From Magnetococcales bacterium (lineage in GTDB: Bacteria > Pseudomonadota > Magnetococcia > Magnetococcales > JADFXB01), in NCBI GenBank assembly GCA_015233935.1, contig JADFXB010000005.1, positions 4,070 to 68,069 of the forward strand: DNA of 64,000 bases. Reading direction: 5' to 3'. Below the pieces are notes generated by a model. It was not told where the DNA came from. It worked only from the letters and a program-made list of their open reading frames with translations, and searched no databases. Below are positions 1 through 8,895 of this stretch, piece after piece. Numbering within the stretch: the first letter of the stretch is position 1; every line of letters starts with the position of its first letter. Position numbers and translations under genes: made by a program.

Positions 1-100
1 CCATGCGCCACAGAAGAAGGGCAGCAAAAACCGGCACCCCTTGCAGAATGGCCAGCAGGGGAATGGGGGAGTGGGTATGCCAGGCGATTTCTGCAATCAT
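1..100 (-). CDS. 5' end of an unnamed hydrophobic protein gene (partial, runs off the left edge); fourth, translationally coupled gene of the DabA operon
   Basis: ATG at 100-98 shares one base with the TGA stop (102-100) of the upstream gene (TGATG). My reverse-complement translation is MIAEIAWHTHSPIPLLAILQGVPVFAALLLWRM..., open to the window edge. It resembles the first helix of NuoM/N-type subunits, but only 33 aa are visible. Confidence 0.4.
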   Translation of the reverse strand, partial: MIAEIAWHTHSPIPLLAILQGVPVFAALLLWRM

Positions 101-1635
101 CAAAGAATCACCGCAAAAGTCAAAAAGACCAGCAAAACCACGTAGCGTGGTTGTGCCAACAGTTTATCCAACCGTTGCAGCACCTCCCCCAAACGGTGAA
201 GGTGATGGACCAGTCCCTGACCACCCATGGGCAGGATTAAGTGGTTTTCCAGCCAATCGCAGGCCGCCGAGGCTTGGGCGATGACTCCCCCGGCAAGGCC
301 CCAACCTTCCACTGGTTGTATTCTGTCGCTGTCAGCGGGGGAGATGGCTTGGTGGGTACGGGGATCGGGTTTGCCGGTCAAGCGGTCGATCACCTGATTG
401 TCAAAACCTACCACATCCCGTGCCAGCCGATAGGTGGGACGTACCAGCAGGGCATTGGCCAAGTGGTCGAGCCAGAAGCGTTGCAAGGCGGCGTTGAACC
501 AGGTCCCGCGCACGGCCAGCAGGGGAATGACCGGGCGGGTGGGGCGGGTAAGCTGGTGCATATAGGAGGGGGCTTGCAAAAACTGGTAGAGCCGCCAGAC
601 CGCATGGGCTGCCATATGCCAGGTAGCCAACTGGAACCAGCCCAGCCCGCACTCCACCACCATGAGACCCACCTGGGTTTGGGTTGCCAACACCAGGGCA
701 CTTTTTACATCGGTTTGCACCAGGGCCACCCACACACTGTAGAGGACCGTCAAGCCGCCCAATAAGACTAACGCACTCATCAAAATAGGAAATTGTTTCA
801 ACAAAGGTTCCAGGCGCAGCAACAAAAAGATGCCCGCATGGACCATGAGGGAGCCATAGAAGATGGCACTGGAGGGGGTGGGACCTTCCAGGGCACGTCC
901 CAGCCAGGAGACAAAGGGAAATTGTCCCGATTTGACCAGAGCGGCCAGGATGAAACAGCCGGTGATCATGCCCAGACGCAAGATATCCAGCCGGTTGTTG
1001 GCAAAGGCCAGGTCATGCCAGTTGACATCTCCCAGCCACCACAGGGCCAGGGTGTTGGCCAGGATGAAACCGGCATCGCCAAAGCGGTTGGTGATAAATA
1101 CCTGGCTGGCGTTGCGACTGGCGGTCTCCCGTTGGCGGTCGAAACCAATAAGCAGATAGGAACTGATACCCATCATCTCCCAACCCACAAAGGCCACCAC
1201 CCCGTTGCCCGCCAGGACAAACCATAACATGCCGCTGGTAAAGAGGGAGAGGATGGCGAAAAACCGATGGTAGCCTTCTTCCCGATGGAGATATTGGATG
1301 GAAAATCGCAGGGTGAGCCAGGCCAATAGGGCAATCATGGTTGCGGCGGTGAGGGCCATGCGATCCAGGGTGAGCATGAGGGGAATATGGGTGGTCCCGC
1401 TGTGCAGCCAGGTGGCAATGTACAGGGGGCCGGTAAAATCTCCCCGCCATGCCGCCAACAGGTCCAACAGAAGGAGCAACAGCAGGGAGCTGCCACATCC
1501 CCATTGGGTCACCCGACTGGTGAAGGCTTCACCCGCTTCACCCACCAGGCGTCCGCTGATCATCTCCAGAAAAAGCCACAGGGCCGCTGCCAGAGGGAGA
1601 ATGGGCACCAACAGGGCAAGGATAGGTTCAAACAT
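100..1635 (-). CDS. NuoL/MnhA/NdhF-family proton-conducting membrane subunit (PF00361-type), DabB-like partner of DabA
   Basis: ORF 100..1683 is polytopic with an antiporter-like core (GWEMMGISSYLLIGF, SSAIFYGSLMVHAGIFLLLR, TQTQVGLMVVECG). I place the start at ATG 1635 (GGGAGG 6 nt upstream, MFEPILALLVPILPL), which overlaps the dabA stop by 8 nt. The track start 1683 would overlap by 56 nt. Confidence 0.85.
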   Translation of the reverse strand: MFEPILALLVPILPLAAALWLFLEMISGRLVGEAGEAFTSRVTQWGCGSSLLLLLLLDLLAAWRGDFTGPLYIATWLHSGTTHIPLMLTLDRMALTAATMIALLAWLTLRFSIQYLHREEGYHRFFAILSLFTSGMLWFVLAGNGVVAFVGWEMMGISSYLLIGFDRQRETASRNASQVFITNRFGDAGFILANTLALWWLGDVNWHDLAFANNRLDILRLGMITGCFILAALVKSGQFPFVSWLGRALEGPTPSSAIFYGSLMVHAGIFLLLRLEPLLKQFPILMSALVLLGGLTVLYSVWVALVQTDVKSALVLATQTQVGLMVVECGLGWFQLATWHMAAHAVWRLYQFLQAPSYMHQLTRPTRPVIPLLAVRGTWFNAALQRFWLDHLANALLVRPTYRLARDVVGFDNQVIDRLTGKPDPRTHQAISPADSDRIQPVEGWGLAGGVIAQASAACDWLENHLILPMGGQGLVHHLHRLGEVLQRLDKLLAQPRYVVLLVFLTFAVIL

Positions 1636-4600
1636 GGGAGGCCTCCCCGATGAGTGCAGGGGGCAGGGGATCCTGGTGTCCATGATACCAGCTCATGGAG
1701 TTGGCCACCCGAGGTGGTGGGGGTAGATCTTCCTGCCAGGGTTGCCATCCCTTGCCTGGCTGATAAAATTCAATCTGCCGGTTGTCCGGGTGGAGGGAGG
1801 CCAGGAGAAGCCAGCCGTGCTCCACCAATTCCCGGATGGCCGCCTGTCTTTCACAGATGGCGGTCAGCACTTGCGGGGTGTGTTCCACCACCACCAAAAG
1901 ACGCATGGCTTCGTGAATTTCGATCATTTGTTTGGGCAGACCGGTGCGTAAATCGGAGGCGGTGCCCTCCATCACCCCGAAGAGTCCCACCACATTGTGG
2001 GTAATCTTGCTGCCACAGCCAAAGCGTTGGTTGTCTACGGTGGAAAAATAATATTCCAGGTTGATGCCAGCTCCCACCGGTCCCACCGCCAGCAGGATGG
2101 ATTCCAGAATGGTTCCTTGCCGATCCTGTTGGGGGTCGTAGGAAATCAAGTACATGCGCCGGTCAAAAAAGGTGCCACGGGTGGTGGAGCGTCTGCCTAC
2201 CAGGGCGACGGCATTGGTGGCATGTCCCAACTCCGGGCGGGCCTGGCTGAAATCCAGGGCGCGTCCCTGCATATGGAGGAGGGCCTGGGACAGGGAGGGG
2301 TGACGGGGCGCGGAGGCCAGGCGGCGGCAGCGTTCATGGGCCGAGGCTTCCCTGGCCTGGTTGAAGATGGCCAGCAGGGGTTGCAACCCTTCTTGTTGTT
2401 GGGGAGAGAGTTGCTCCAGATCATACCATTGGATGGTTTCATCCCCCGTATTGTGTTCGGCTCCCAGAAAGCGGCAATCGGCGGGAATATTAATGCCCTT
2501 CTCGGCCAACAGGGAACGAACCTCTGGGCGATTGGCCATGGCGGCGAAAACCCTGGCATTGGGGCCACCGTGGCGACCGCTGCATGCCCCGCAATCATAG
2601 GCTGCCAGGTGGGGATTGTTGCGACTCATGGAGCCGTGTCCCAAGAGAATCACCCAGGGGGCAAAGGTGTGGGTCATTCCCATGATGCGGAGGAGGGTTT
2701 CCACCCGTTGGGCTTGTTCTTCATCACTGAATCCCAGCATCACTGCCTTGTCGGATGGGGGGGTGGAGCGGTTCAAGGTAAGGGTAGTGGATAGAGAAAG
2801 ATCGATTTTTTGGACCATCCTTTCCAGCCAGGAACCGGTTTGCCGGGGCGAGAGGATGCGGGCGATGGTCAGGAAAAAGGCCAGGGGGGCGGCCAGCAGG
2901 GTGAGCAGGGTCGCGGTCACCACGCCACGACGGCTGCCCTGGTTTAAAAATTCCAGGGCGTTTAATCGGGTACGACGCCGTTTGCGGTGCTGTTGATAGC
3001 GATCCTGTTGATCTTCTTTGGGTATTTCATGGATGGCATGGCGGGGGGTGACCACGATGGGGCACAAGGCCACTTCCTTTTCATCATCCAGACCCCGCCA
3101 ATAGATGGGTACGCCAAAAAATCCTGCCGCGCCAAAGGTTTCCACTGAAGGGGCGATTTCTTCCAAATGACGGCGAAATCCCTCCTCCCGATCATCCATG
3201 CAAAAAACCGCCTGCAAGCTGGGACGCTTGCTCGTCTGTTCCTTTTGTCCACCGTGACGGATGGCATTGAAAATGGACTGCCGATAGGTGCGTTCGTAGG
3301 CTTGCAGCCAGATCATTCCCATGGTTTCGTCATCAAGACGATCCAGACAGGCGAGAATTTTTTGCAGGGGTTCTTCTCGCAGACGGTGGAGTTCTCTGGC
3401 GGAAAGGCCCAAATGTTGGGCCAAGCGAAACAGGGGCCAAATGCGATGGCAGACCCAATCATTGGAAAGTCCCTCCGCCCGCATCCCTTGCCGATATCGC
3501 CAGATGCCGTAGGCCAATTGGGTCCACAGCAGTTCGTCCACTGTGGTCTCTTCTGCCCTGGCCACCATGGCTTGGCAGGGGGTGGCGAGTGATTCGGGCA
3601 GGGATTCGTTGAAGAGGGTATGGCGCACCATAAATTCCGCTTCCCGGTGGCGGAAATGGTTGTAGAGAATATCCAGTCGTGGCTCTTCCTGCCAAAGATG
3701 GTGGCAGATCCGATGGAGATGAAGGCGTTCCAGCAGCAAGCGGACGGCCAAATAATCGGCAAAGTGGACCCTGGGCAGTCCTGCATATCCTTCATGGTGG
3801 TGTCGCCACAAGACCATGCCGGACCAGCCGGGCAATTCCAGGGCAAGGGCTTCCAGGTAGGAGATCCAAAGCTCTTCGGCCACCCCTGAACGACGGAGGG
3901 CCTCTTGCAGGGTTGCCACCGCATCTTCTGGAAAGCTGGTGATCTCTTCCCGCCAGGTGGGCATCTCTTCGGGTAAAAAGGCCAGGTCATGGAGAGCGGC
4001 TTGTCGCCAGGCGGCATAGAAACCCTGTTTGCGGGCAGGGTGGTGCCAGGCGGCCAGTCCGTGGTCGAGAAAGGAGGCCAGATGGCTTTGCAGGTTGGTT
4101 TTGCCCTCTTCCAGGGGGGCATGACCGGTCAACCGTTGCACGAGACCGCCCAGGGTAATTTCCCGTCCCACCTGTTGGAAGAGGCGTTCCATGGTGCGTC
4201 TGGCTTCGTGGCGGGGTTGCCCTTGCCACAGGACATCTTCCAGGGGTTCGTGGCTGATCAGGGGGTGGGGTGGGGGTGGCAGCAGGTGATGGCAGGCACT
4301 CCACAGTTGGGCAATGGCCACCTCTTCCACCGCGTCGGCGGAGTGGAGCAGGCGATGGCGGATGGTTGGGGGGACATCGGCCTGAAAGGTTTCTCCGGCC
4401 CGCAACTCATGGATTTGCCAAGCCAGTTGGTCTGGCTTTAAGGGGGAGAGGTCGTGGATCAAGGCGGTTGCGTAGATATCCGCCTGCTTAAGGGGACCAT
4501 CATCCAGGAAGGCCAAGTGTTCCTCGGCCAGCAACTCGGTGCGAGAGAAAATTTCTTCCCGCAGGGCTTCGGGGATGATACGACCTTTTTGGTAGAGGGC

Positions 4601-4816
4601 GCGGGATTGCTCCAGGGGCAGAAATCCGTAGATTCCCGTCTCTTTACGTACCTGGCGCAGGGCTTCTTCAAAGGGTAAATGCTGATAGCCGTGCAGGGTA
4701 TTGTGGTGGACAAAATCCCGAATGGGAGCCTGGCCGGGTAGCCGATGGGTGAGATGGTGAAACAGGTGTTCCAGCCGGTGGTTAAATGAGGTGGCATGAT
4801 CGGACATGTTCATCAC
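1628..4816 (-). CDS. dabA: DUF2309/PF10070 protein, DabA-type (beta-carbonic-anhydrase-like subunit of DIC-accumulating complexes)
   Basis: 1062-aa soluble protein with the N-terminal PIRDFVHHNTLHGY signature of DUF2309. It has the CxDxR motif FCMDDR (C539/D541/R543, nt 3188-3202) and GHGS...YDCGAC (H727, C742/C745, nt 2582-2638). Start GTG 4816 or ATG 4813 overlaps the stop of the upstream gene. Confidence 0.9.
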   Translation of the reverse strand: MMNMSDHATSFNHRLEHLFHHLTHRLPGQAPIRDFVHHNTLHGYQHLPFEEALRQVRKETGIYGFLPLEQSRALYQKGRIIPEALREEIFSRTELLAEEHLAFLDDGPLKQADIYATALIHDLSPLKPDQLAWQIHELRAGETFQADVPPTIRHRLLHSADAVEEVAIAQLWSACHHLLPPPPHPLISHEPLEDVLWQGQPRHEARRTMERLFQQVGREITLGGLVQRLTGHAPLEEGKTNLQSHLASFLDHGLAAWHHPARKQGFYAAWRQAALHDLAFLPEEMPTWREEITSFPEDAVATLQEALRRSGVAEELWISYLEALALELPGWSGMVLWRHHHEGYAGLPRVHFADYLAVRLLLERLHLHRICHHLWQEEPRLDILYNHFRHREAEFMVRHTLFNESLPESLATPCQAMVARAEETTVDELLWTQLAYGIWRYRQGMRAEGLSNDWVCHRIWPLFRLAQHLGLSARELHRLREEPLQKILACLDRLDDETMGMIWLQAYERTYRQSIFNAIRHGGQKEQTSKRPSLQAVFCMDDREEGFRRHLEEIAPSVETFGAAGFFGVPIYWRGLDDEKEVALCPIVVTPRHAIHEIPKEDQQDRYQQHRKRRRTRLNALEFLNQGSRRGVVTATLLTLLAAPLAFFLTIARILSPRQTGSWLERMVQKIDLSLSTTLTLNRSTPPSDKAVMLGFSDEEQAQRVETLLRIMGMTHTFAPWVILLGHGSMSRNNPHLAAYDCGACSGRHGGPNARVFAAMANRPEVRSLLAEKGINIPADCRFLGAEHNTGDETIQWYDLEQLSPQQQEGLQPLLAIFNQAREASAHERCRRLASAPRHPSLSQALLHMQGRALDFSQARPELGHATNAVALVGRRSTTRGTFFDRRMYLISYDPQQDRQGTILESILLAVGPVGAGINLEYYFSTVDNQRFGCGSKITHNVVGLFGVMEGTASDLRTGLPKQMIEIHEAMRLLVVVEHTPQVLTAICERQAAIRELVEHGWLLLASLHPDNRQIEFYQPGKGWQPWQEDLPPPPRVANSMSWYHGHQDPLPPALIGEASHV

Positions 4817-6279
4817 CCCAATGTATCAAATATTTTAATAAAATCACGGACGGATGATTCCATGATTTTGAGGAGGGGGGAGGGAAATAACCCCAAAAGA
4901 AAGGTGAGCAGGACCGGAATGGCCAGGGTAGCCAGCTCAAAGCCGGACATATCCTTGACGATCACCGGATTGGGTTGGGGGGAGGGGGTGAGCATGCGAG
5001 CCGTGGTGCGGAAGGCATAGGAGGCGGTGATCAACATGGCGATGGCGGTGAGAATGACCGGCCAGCCCCAGCGTTGATAGGTGCCGATGATGGTATGTAA
5101 TTCAGCGATAAAACCCGCCGTGGTGGGCAGCCCGATGGTGGTGAGAAAGGCCAGGATGATGAAAAAGGCAAAACGGGGGGAAAGGCGGGCCAAATCTCCA
5201 TAATAGGCGATTTCCCGACTGTGGGTACGGTGGTAGAGCATGCCTGCCAACATGAAGAGGGCGGCGGCGGCCAGGCCGTGGGCCACCATTTGGCTCACTG
5301 CGCCGGTGATGCCAGCCGGGGTGAGGGTGGCCAGTCCCAGGAGGACGATGCCCATGTGGCTGACCGAGGAGTAGGCCACCATTTTTTTCAAATCGGTTTG
5401 TCGCCAGGCCAGCAATCCCCCGTAGAGCAGACTGACCAAGGCCAGGATGCCCAGAATATGGGCGAGGGTGGCCATGCCATGGGGGGCCAGGATGGCAGCG
5501 CGCATGAGACCGTAGGAACCCATTTTCAGCAACACCCCCGATAACAGCATACTCACTGGGCTGGGGGCTTGGACGTGGGCCAGGGGCAACCAACCGTGCA
5601 TGGGAAAAATGGGCATTTTGACGCCAAATCCCATAAGCAACCCCAAAAAGATCCATACTTGGGTGGCGTGGGGCGTTTGCCGCAAACTGATGGCCATTTC
5701 ATCCATGGCGAAGGTGAAACCGTGGGAGGCGTCGAAGGCCAGCAGCAGGCTGAGCAACATGAAGACCGAACCGCCCAGGGTGTAGAGGACAAAGTTGAGG
5801 GCAGCATGTTGCCGTTTTTCGCCGCCCCAGCGGTCCACCAGCAGGAACAGGGGGATAAGGGTAAGCTCCCAGAAAATATAAAAAAGCAACCAGTTTTGGG
5901 CGATAAAGACTCCCAGCATGGCCATTTCCAGAAGCAACATGGCCACGTAGTAGCCTTTTTGTCGCTCTTCGATGGTGTGGGAGGCCAGCATGGCGACAAA
6001 GGAGAGGGTGGCTGCCAGGAGGACCAGGGGCAAGGAAAGTCCGTCCACCCCTACCAGATAGGTTCCGCCCGCCTGGAGATTCCAAAAACCATTCTCCAGT
6101 AACTGTACGCCCGATAGGGTGGGGTCGAACTGACCAACCAGCAGGCAGGCAAACAACAGGGTGATTGCGGAAAAAATCAGGGCCAGGGGACGACTATGGC
6201 TTCCCCAATGTTGTGGCAGAAAGGCGATGAGCAGGCTGCCACAAAGAGGCGTGAGCAAGAGTAGGGTGAGCAGTTTCAT
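4813..6279 (-). CDS. NuoM/NdhD/MnhD-family proton-conducting membrane subunit (second PF00361-type protein of the operon)
   Basis: 488-aa polytopic protein with motifs PMHGWLPLAHVQAPSPVSMLLSGVLLKMGSYGLMR and DLKKMVAYSSVSHMG, typical of subunit M/4. Stop TGA 4813-4815 overlaps the dabA start. Confidence 0.9.
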   Translation of the reverse strand: MKLLTLLLLTPLCGSLLIAFLPQHWGSHSRPLALIFSAITLLFACLLVGQFDPTLSGVQLLENGFWNLQAGGTYLVGVDGLSLPLVLLAATLSFVAMLASHTIEERQKGYYVAMLLLEMAMLGVFIAQNWLLFYIFWELTLIPLFLLVDRWGGEKRQHAALNFVLYTLGGSVFMLLSLLLAFDASHGFTFAMDEMAISLRQTPHATQVWIFLGLLMGFGVKMPIFPMHGWLPLAHVQAPSPVSMLLSGVLLKMGSYGLMRAAILAPHGMATLAHILGILALVSLLYGGLLAWRQTDLKKMVAYSSVSHMGIVLLGLATLTPAGITGAVSQMVAHGLAAAALFMLAGMLYHRTHSREIAYYGDLARLSPRFAFFIILAFLTTIGLPTTAGFIAELHTIIGTYQRWGWPVILTAIAMLITASYAFRTTARMLTPSPQPNPVIVKDMSGFELATLAIPVLLTFLLGLFPSPLLKIMESSVRDFIKIFDTLG

Positions 6280-6462
6280 GGGGTGATGACAGGACTTCCT
6301 GCAAGGGAAGAAGGGGAAAGAAAAATCCTCTTGATTTTATCCAAACCAAGTCCGGGTTTCCACCCATTTTGATGTAAATTTTTTTATAAGGATGGTTGCC
6401 AGTTGGTTTTGAGAGGAGTAGAGTGCAGGACTCCGAGAGAGACATATAAAAAAGGGTGATCC

Positions 6463-7485
6463 ATGCCGTGGTTTGTACCGCTGGTTTTCGGGTCAAGTAT
6501 GCCTGCCAACGAGAAGGAAGAAGACAACATGCGCTGGGGAAAATGGCTCTGGGGAGTGGGGCTTCTGGCCCTGCTGGTTTGGTGGATGGAACCCACCTTG
6601 GCAGCAGAGGCTGCCGCGCCCGCTGGAGGTGGGCAGGACAACATGCCCTGGTGGGGCTGGGCGTTGGCTTTGTTTGTGGTGACCTTCTTTTTGGGTATTG
6701 TGGCAGTTTTAGGTGGTGTGGGTGGTGGTGTGTTGTTCGTCCCCATAGTCGGTGGTTTCTTTTTCCCCTTTCATCTAGACTTCGTCCGTGGCGCGGGTTT
6801 GCTGGTGGCGTTAGCTGGAGCACTGGCAGCCGGGCCTGGTCTACTCAAAAGCGGCATGGCCAATCTACGGCTCGCCCTTCCCCTTGCCCTCATCGCCTCC
6901 TCCTCCGCCATCGTGGGTGCCATGATGGGTCTGGCTCTCAAACCGCAAGTGGTGCAAATCTGCCTGGGGGTGACCATTCTTGGTATTGTTGCCTTGATGT
7001 GGAGTGCCAAAAAATCGGAGCGTCCAGACGTGCCGATGGCGGATCCCATTTCCTCTGCTTTGGCCATCAATGGTGTTTTTTATGATGCGGCCAGCAAGCA
7101 GGAGATTGACTGGAAGGTTCATCGCACCCCTATTGGTATGGGGCTGTTTGTGATCATAGGTATCATGGCGGGTATGTTTGGTCTGGGTGCGGGCTGGGCC
7201 AATGTGCCGGTGCTCAACCTGGTGATGGGTGCCCCCCTCAAGGTTTCGGTGGCCACCAGTAAATTCATGCTCTCCATTGTGGACACTTCGGCGGCTTGGG
7301 TTTATCTTAATCAGGGTGCGGTCATTGCCATGATTGCCATCCCGTCCATTCTGGGCATCATGCTGGGTTCCTTGATCGGGGTGCGGTTGCTGTCTCGGGT
7401 GAATGCTTCGGTGGTGCGCAAGGTGGTGATTATCATGCTGCTCTTGGCTGGTGGACGCGCCCTCATGAAGGGATTGGGATTCTGA
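6463..7485 (+). CDS. TauE/SafE-family (DUF81) anion exporter-like membrane protein
   Basis: About 8 TM segments with two Gly-rich half-repeats (GGVGGGVLFVPIVGG and MFGLGAGWANVPVLNLVMG). An alternative start ATG 6529 (MRWGKWLW...) is equally plausible. Confidence 0.8.
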   Translation: MPWFVPLVFGSSMPANEKEEDNMRWGKWLWGVGLLALLVWWMEPTLAAEAAAPAGGGQDNMPWWGWALALFVVTFFLGIVAVLGGVGGGVLFVPIVGGFFFPFHLDFVRGAGLLVALAGALAAGPGLLKSGMANLRLALPLALIASSSAIVGAMMGLALKPQVVQICLGVTILGIVALMWSAKKSERPDVPMADPISSALAINGVFYDAASKQEIDWKVHRTPIGMGLFVIIGIMAGMFGLGAGWANVPVLNLVMGAPLKVSVATSKFMLSIVDTSAAWVYLNQGAVIAMIAIPSILGIMLGSLIGVRLLSRVNASVVRKVVIIMLLLAGGRALMKGLGF

Positions 7486-7507
7486 TTGACTGACAAGGAG
7501 ACTTTCC

Positions 7508-7933
7508 ATGGCTTATGATGCGGGTCCTAATCCCCATGTTTCGGAAGAGCAACTCACCTATGCCCGTTGGTTGGAAGTGGGCTGGAAGGTGGGCTTTTTG
7601 ATGATGGTGCTGTTTTTCTTTCTCTATGCCTCCGGCATTGTGCCTCCCCATATTCCTCTTAACGAGTTGACCAACTATTGGGGCAAACCGGCTTCCGAAT
7701 ATTTGGTTGCCGCCAATTTGCATACTGGCTGGTCGTGGGTTTATCTCACGGGCAAGGGAGATTTTCTCAACTTTGTGGGCATCGCCTTTTTGGCGTTGGT
7801 CACCTCGTTGTGTTTTTTGCGCCTGATTCCTGTTTTTATCGCCAAGCAGGATAAGGTTTATACCATCCTGGTCCTTATCGAGACGGTGGTCCTCGCCCTG
7901 GCAGCTTCGGGAATTCTTGCTGCCGGCCATTAA
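7508..7933 (+). CDS. DUF1634-like small membrane protein (usual partner of TauE/SafE genes)
   Basis: 141 aa with 3-4 TM segments. The C-terminal pattern GIAFLALVTSLCFLRLIPVFIAKQDKVYTILVLIETVVL resembles DUF1634. It lies 22 nt downstream of the TauE-like gene. Confidence 0.55.
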   Translation: MAYDAGPNPHVSEEQLTYARWLEVGWKVGFLMMVLFFFLYASGIVPPHIPLNELTNYWGKPASEYLVAANLHTGWSWVYLTGKGDFLNFVGIAFLALVTSLCFLRLIPVFIAKQDKVYTILVLIETVVLALAASGILAAGH

Positions 7934-7952
7934 TCAACAGGAGGAAGAGATA

Positions 7953-8798
7953 ATGACCGCACAGTTGTCTCCCACTGGACGTTTTGAAAAGCTGCTTTTG
8001 GCCTCTGATGGGACCGAATATACGGAGAGTGCCCAAAAAATCGCCCTGGCCATGGCCAAATTGACCGGGGCCAAACTGGTGGCCATGCGCATGGTTCTCT
8101 CCAATCCTGAGTATGACTCCCTGGTTCCGGATATGGCGGTCAGGATGGAGATGGCCGCTTATGATTCCCTGTTGGGTATTACGGCGGAAGGGGAAAAACT
8201 GGGTGTCACGTGTACCCCCATGGTGATGCATGGTTCCAATCCCCATGAGGATATCATTGAGGCGGCGGAAAAGGTTGGGGCGGATGTCATCGTTATGGGA
8301 CGGCGGGGCAGTCGTGGTCTTGCCCGTCTTATGTTGGGGGATGCCACGGCGCGGGTGGTGGCCCAGGCCCATTGCCAGGTTTTGGTGGTCCCGCGCATGA
8401 CCCAGTTGTGGAGCCATCGCATTTTGTTGGCCACCGATGGTTCCCGTTACAGTGACAGTGCAGCGGTGAGTGCCATTCAACTGGCCAAGCTTTCCAATCT
8501 GCCCTTATTGATCATGACCGCCTGCCCCAATCCGGGCAATGATTCGGTTTGTCGTGAATCGGAACAGGTGATCTCCCGCCTCATGGAACATGCTTCTCAG
8601 CGGGGGGTGATGGCTGAATCCATGTTGGTGGAGGGGGATCCGGTGCAGGCCATTCTGGACACGGCGGCCAAGCGGGGTGTGGATTTAATCGTGGGTGGCA
8701 GCCATGGCCGTACCGGTATGGAAAAGGTTTTTCTGGGCAGTGTGATGGAGCGGGTAATGGGTAAGGCCACTTGCCCGGTGTTAACCGTTAAGGGTTGA
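7953..8798 (+). CDS. Tandem-domain universal stress protein (UspA family)
   Basis: Two Usp domains each end in the G-x2-G-x9-G(S/T)-type motif (VIVMGRRGSRGLARLMLGDATARVV; LIVGGSHGRTGMEKVFLGSVMERVM). ATG 7953 is preceded by AGGAGGAAG. Confidence 0.9.
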   Translation: MTAQLSPTGRFEKLLLASDGTEYTESAQKIALAMAKLTGAKLVAMRMVLSNPEYDSLVPDMAVRMEMAAYDSLLGITAEGEKLGVTCTPMVMHGSNPHEDIIEAAEKVGADVIVMGRRGSRGLARLMLGDATARVVAQAHCQVLVVPRMTQLWSHRILLATDGSRYSDSAAVSAIQLAKLSNLPLLIMTACPNPGNDSVCRESEQVISRLMEHASQRGVMAESMLVEGDPVQAILDTAAKRGVDLIVGGSHGRTGMEKVFLGSVMERVMGKATCPVLTVKG

Positions 8799-8822
8799 TC
8801 CTTGCTTATTAAATGTCTCTGC

Positions 8823-8860
8823 AACCCCCTGGCAATTTTCGTTGTCAGGGGGTTTTGTTT
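8823..8860 (+). terminator. Rho-independent terminator after the usp gene
   Basis: 9-bp stem AACCCCCTG (8823-8831) / CAGGGGGTT (8846-8854) followed by TTTTGTTT. Confidence 0.6.
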
Positions 8861-8895
8861 ATCTGTTTCGTCTGAATGTTGTGAAAGGGAAGGTC

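Noticed and set aside
3-284. 93-aa ORF at the left edge (plus strand)
   Set aside because: It overlaps the 3' end of the NuoL-like gene and the coupled downstream start on the opposite strand. It has no RBS or motif support.
8842-8895. Track start (8842) for the P-loop gene
   Set aside because: It would place the first 18 codons inside the usp terminator hairpin and T-tract. ATG 8896 is preferred.
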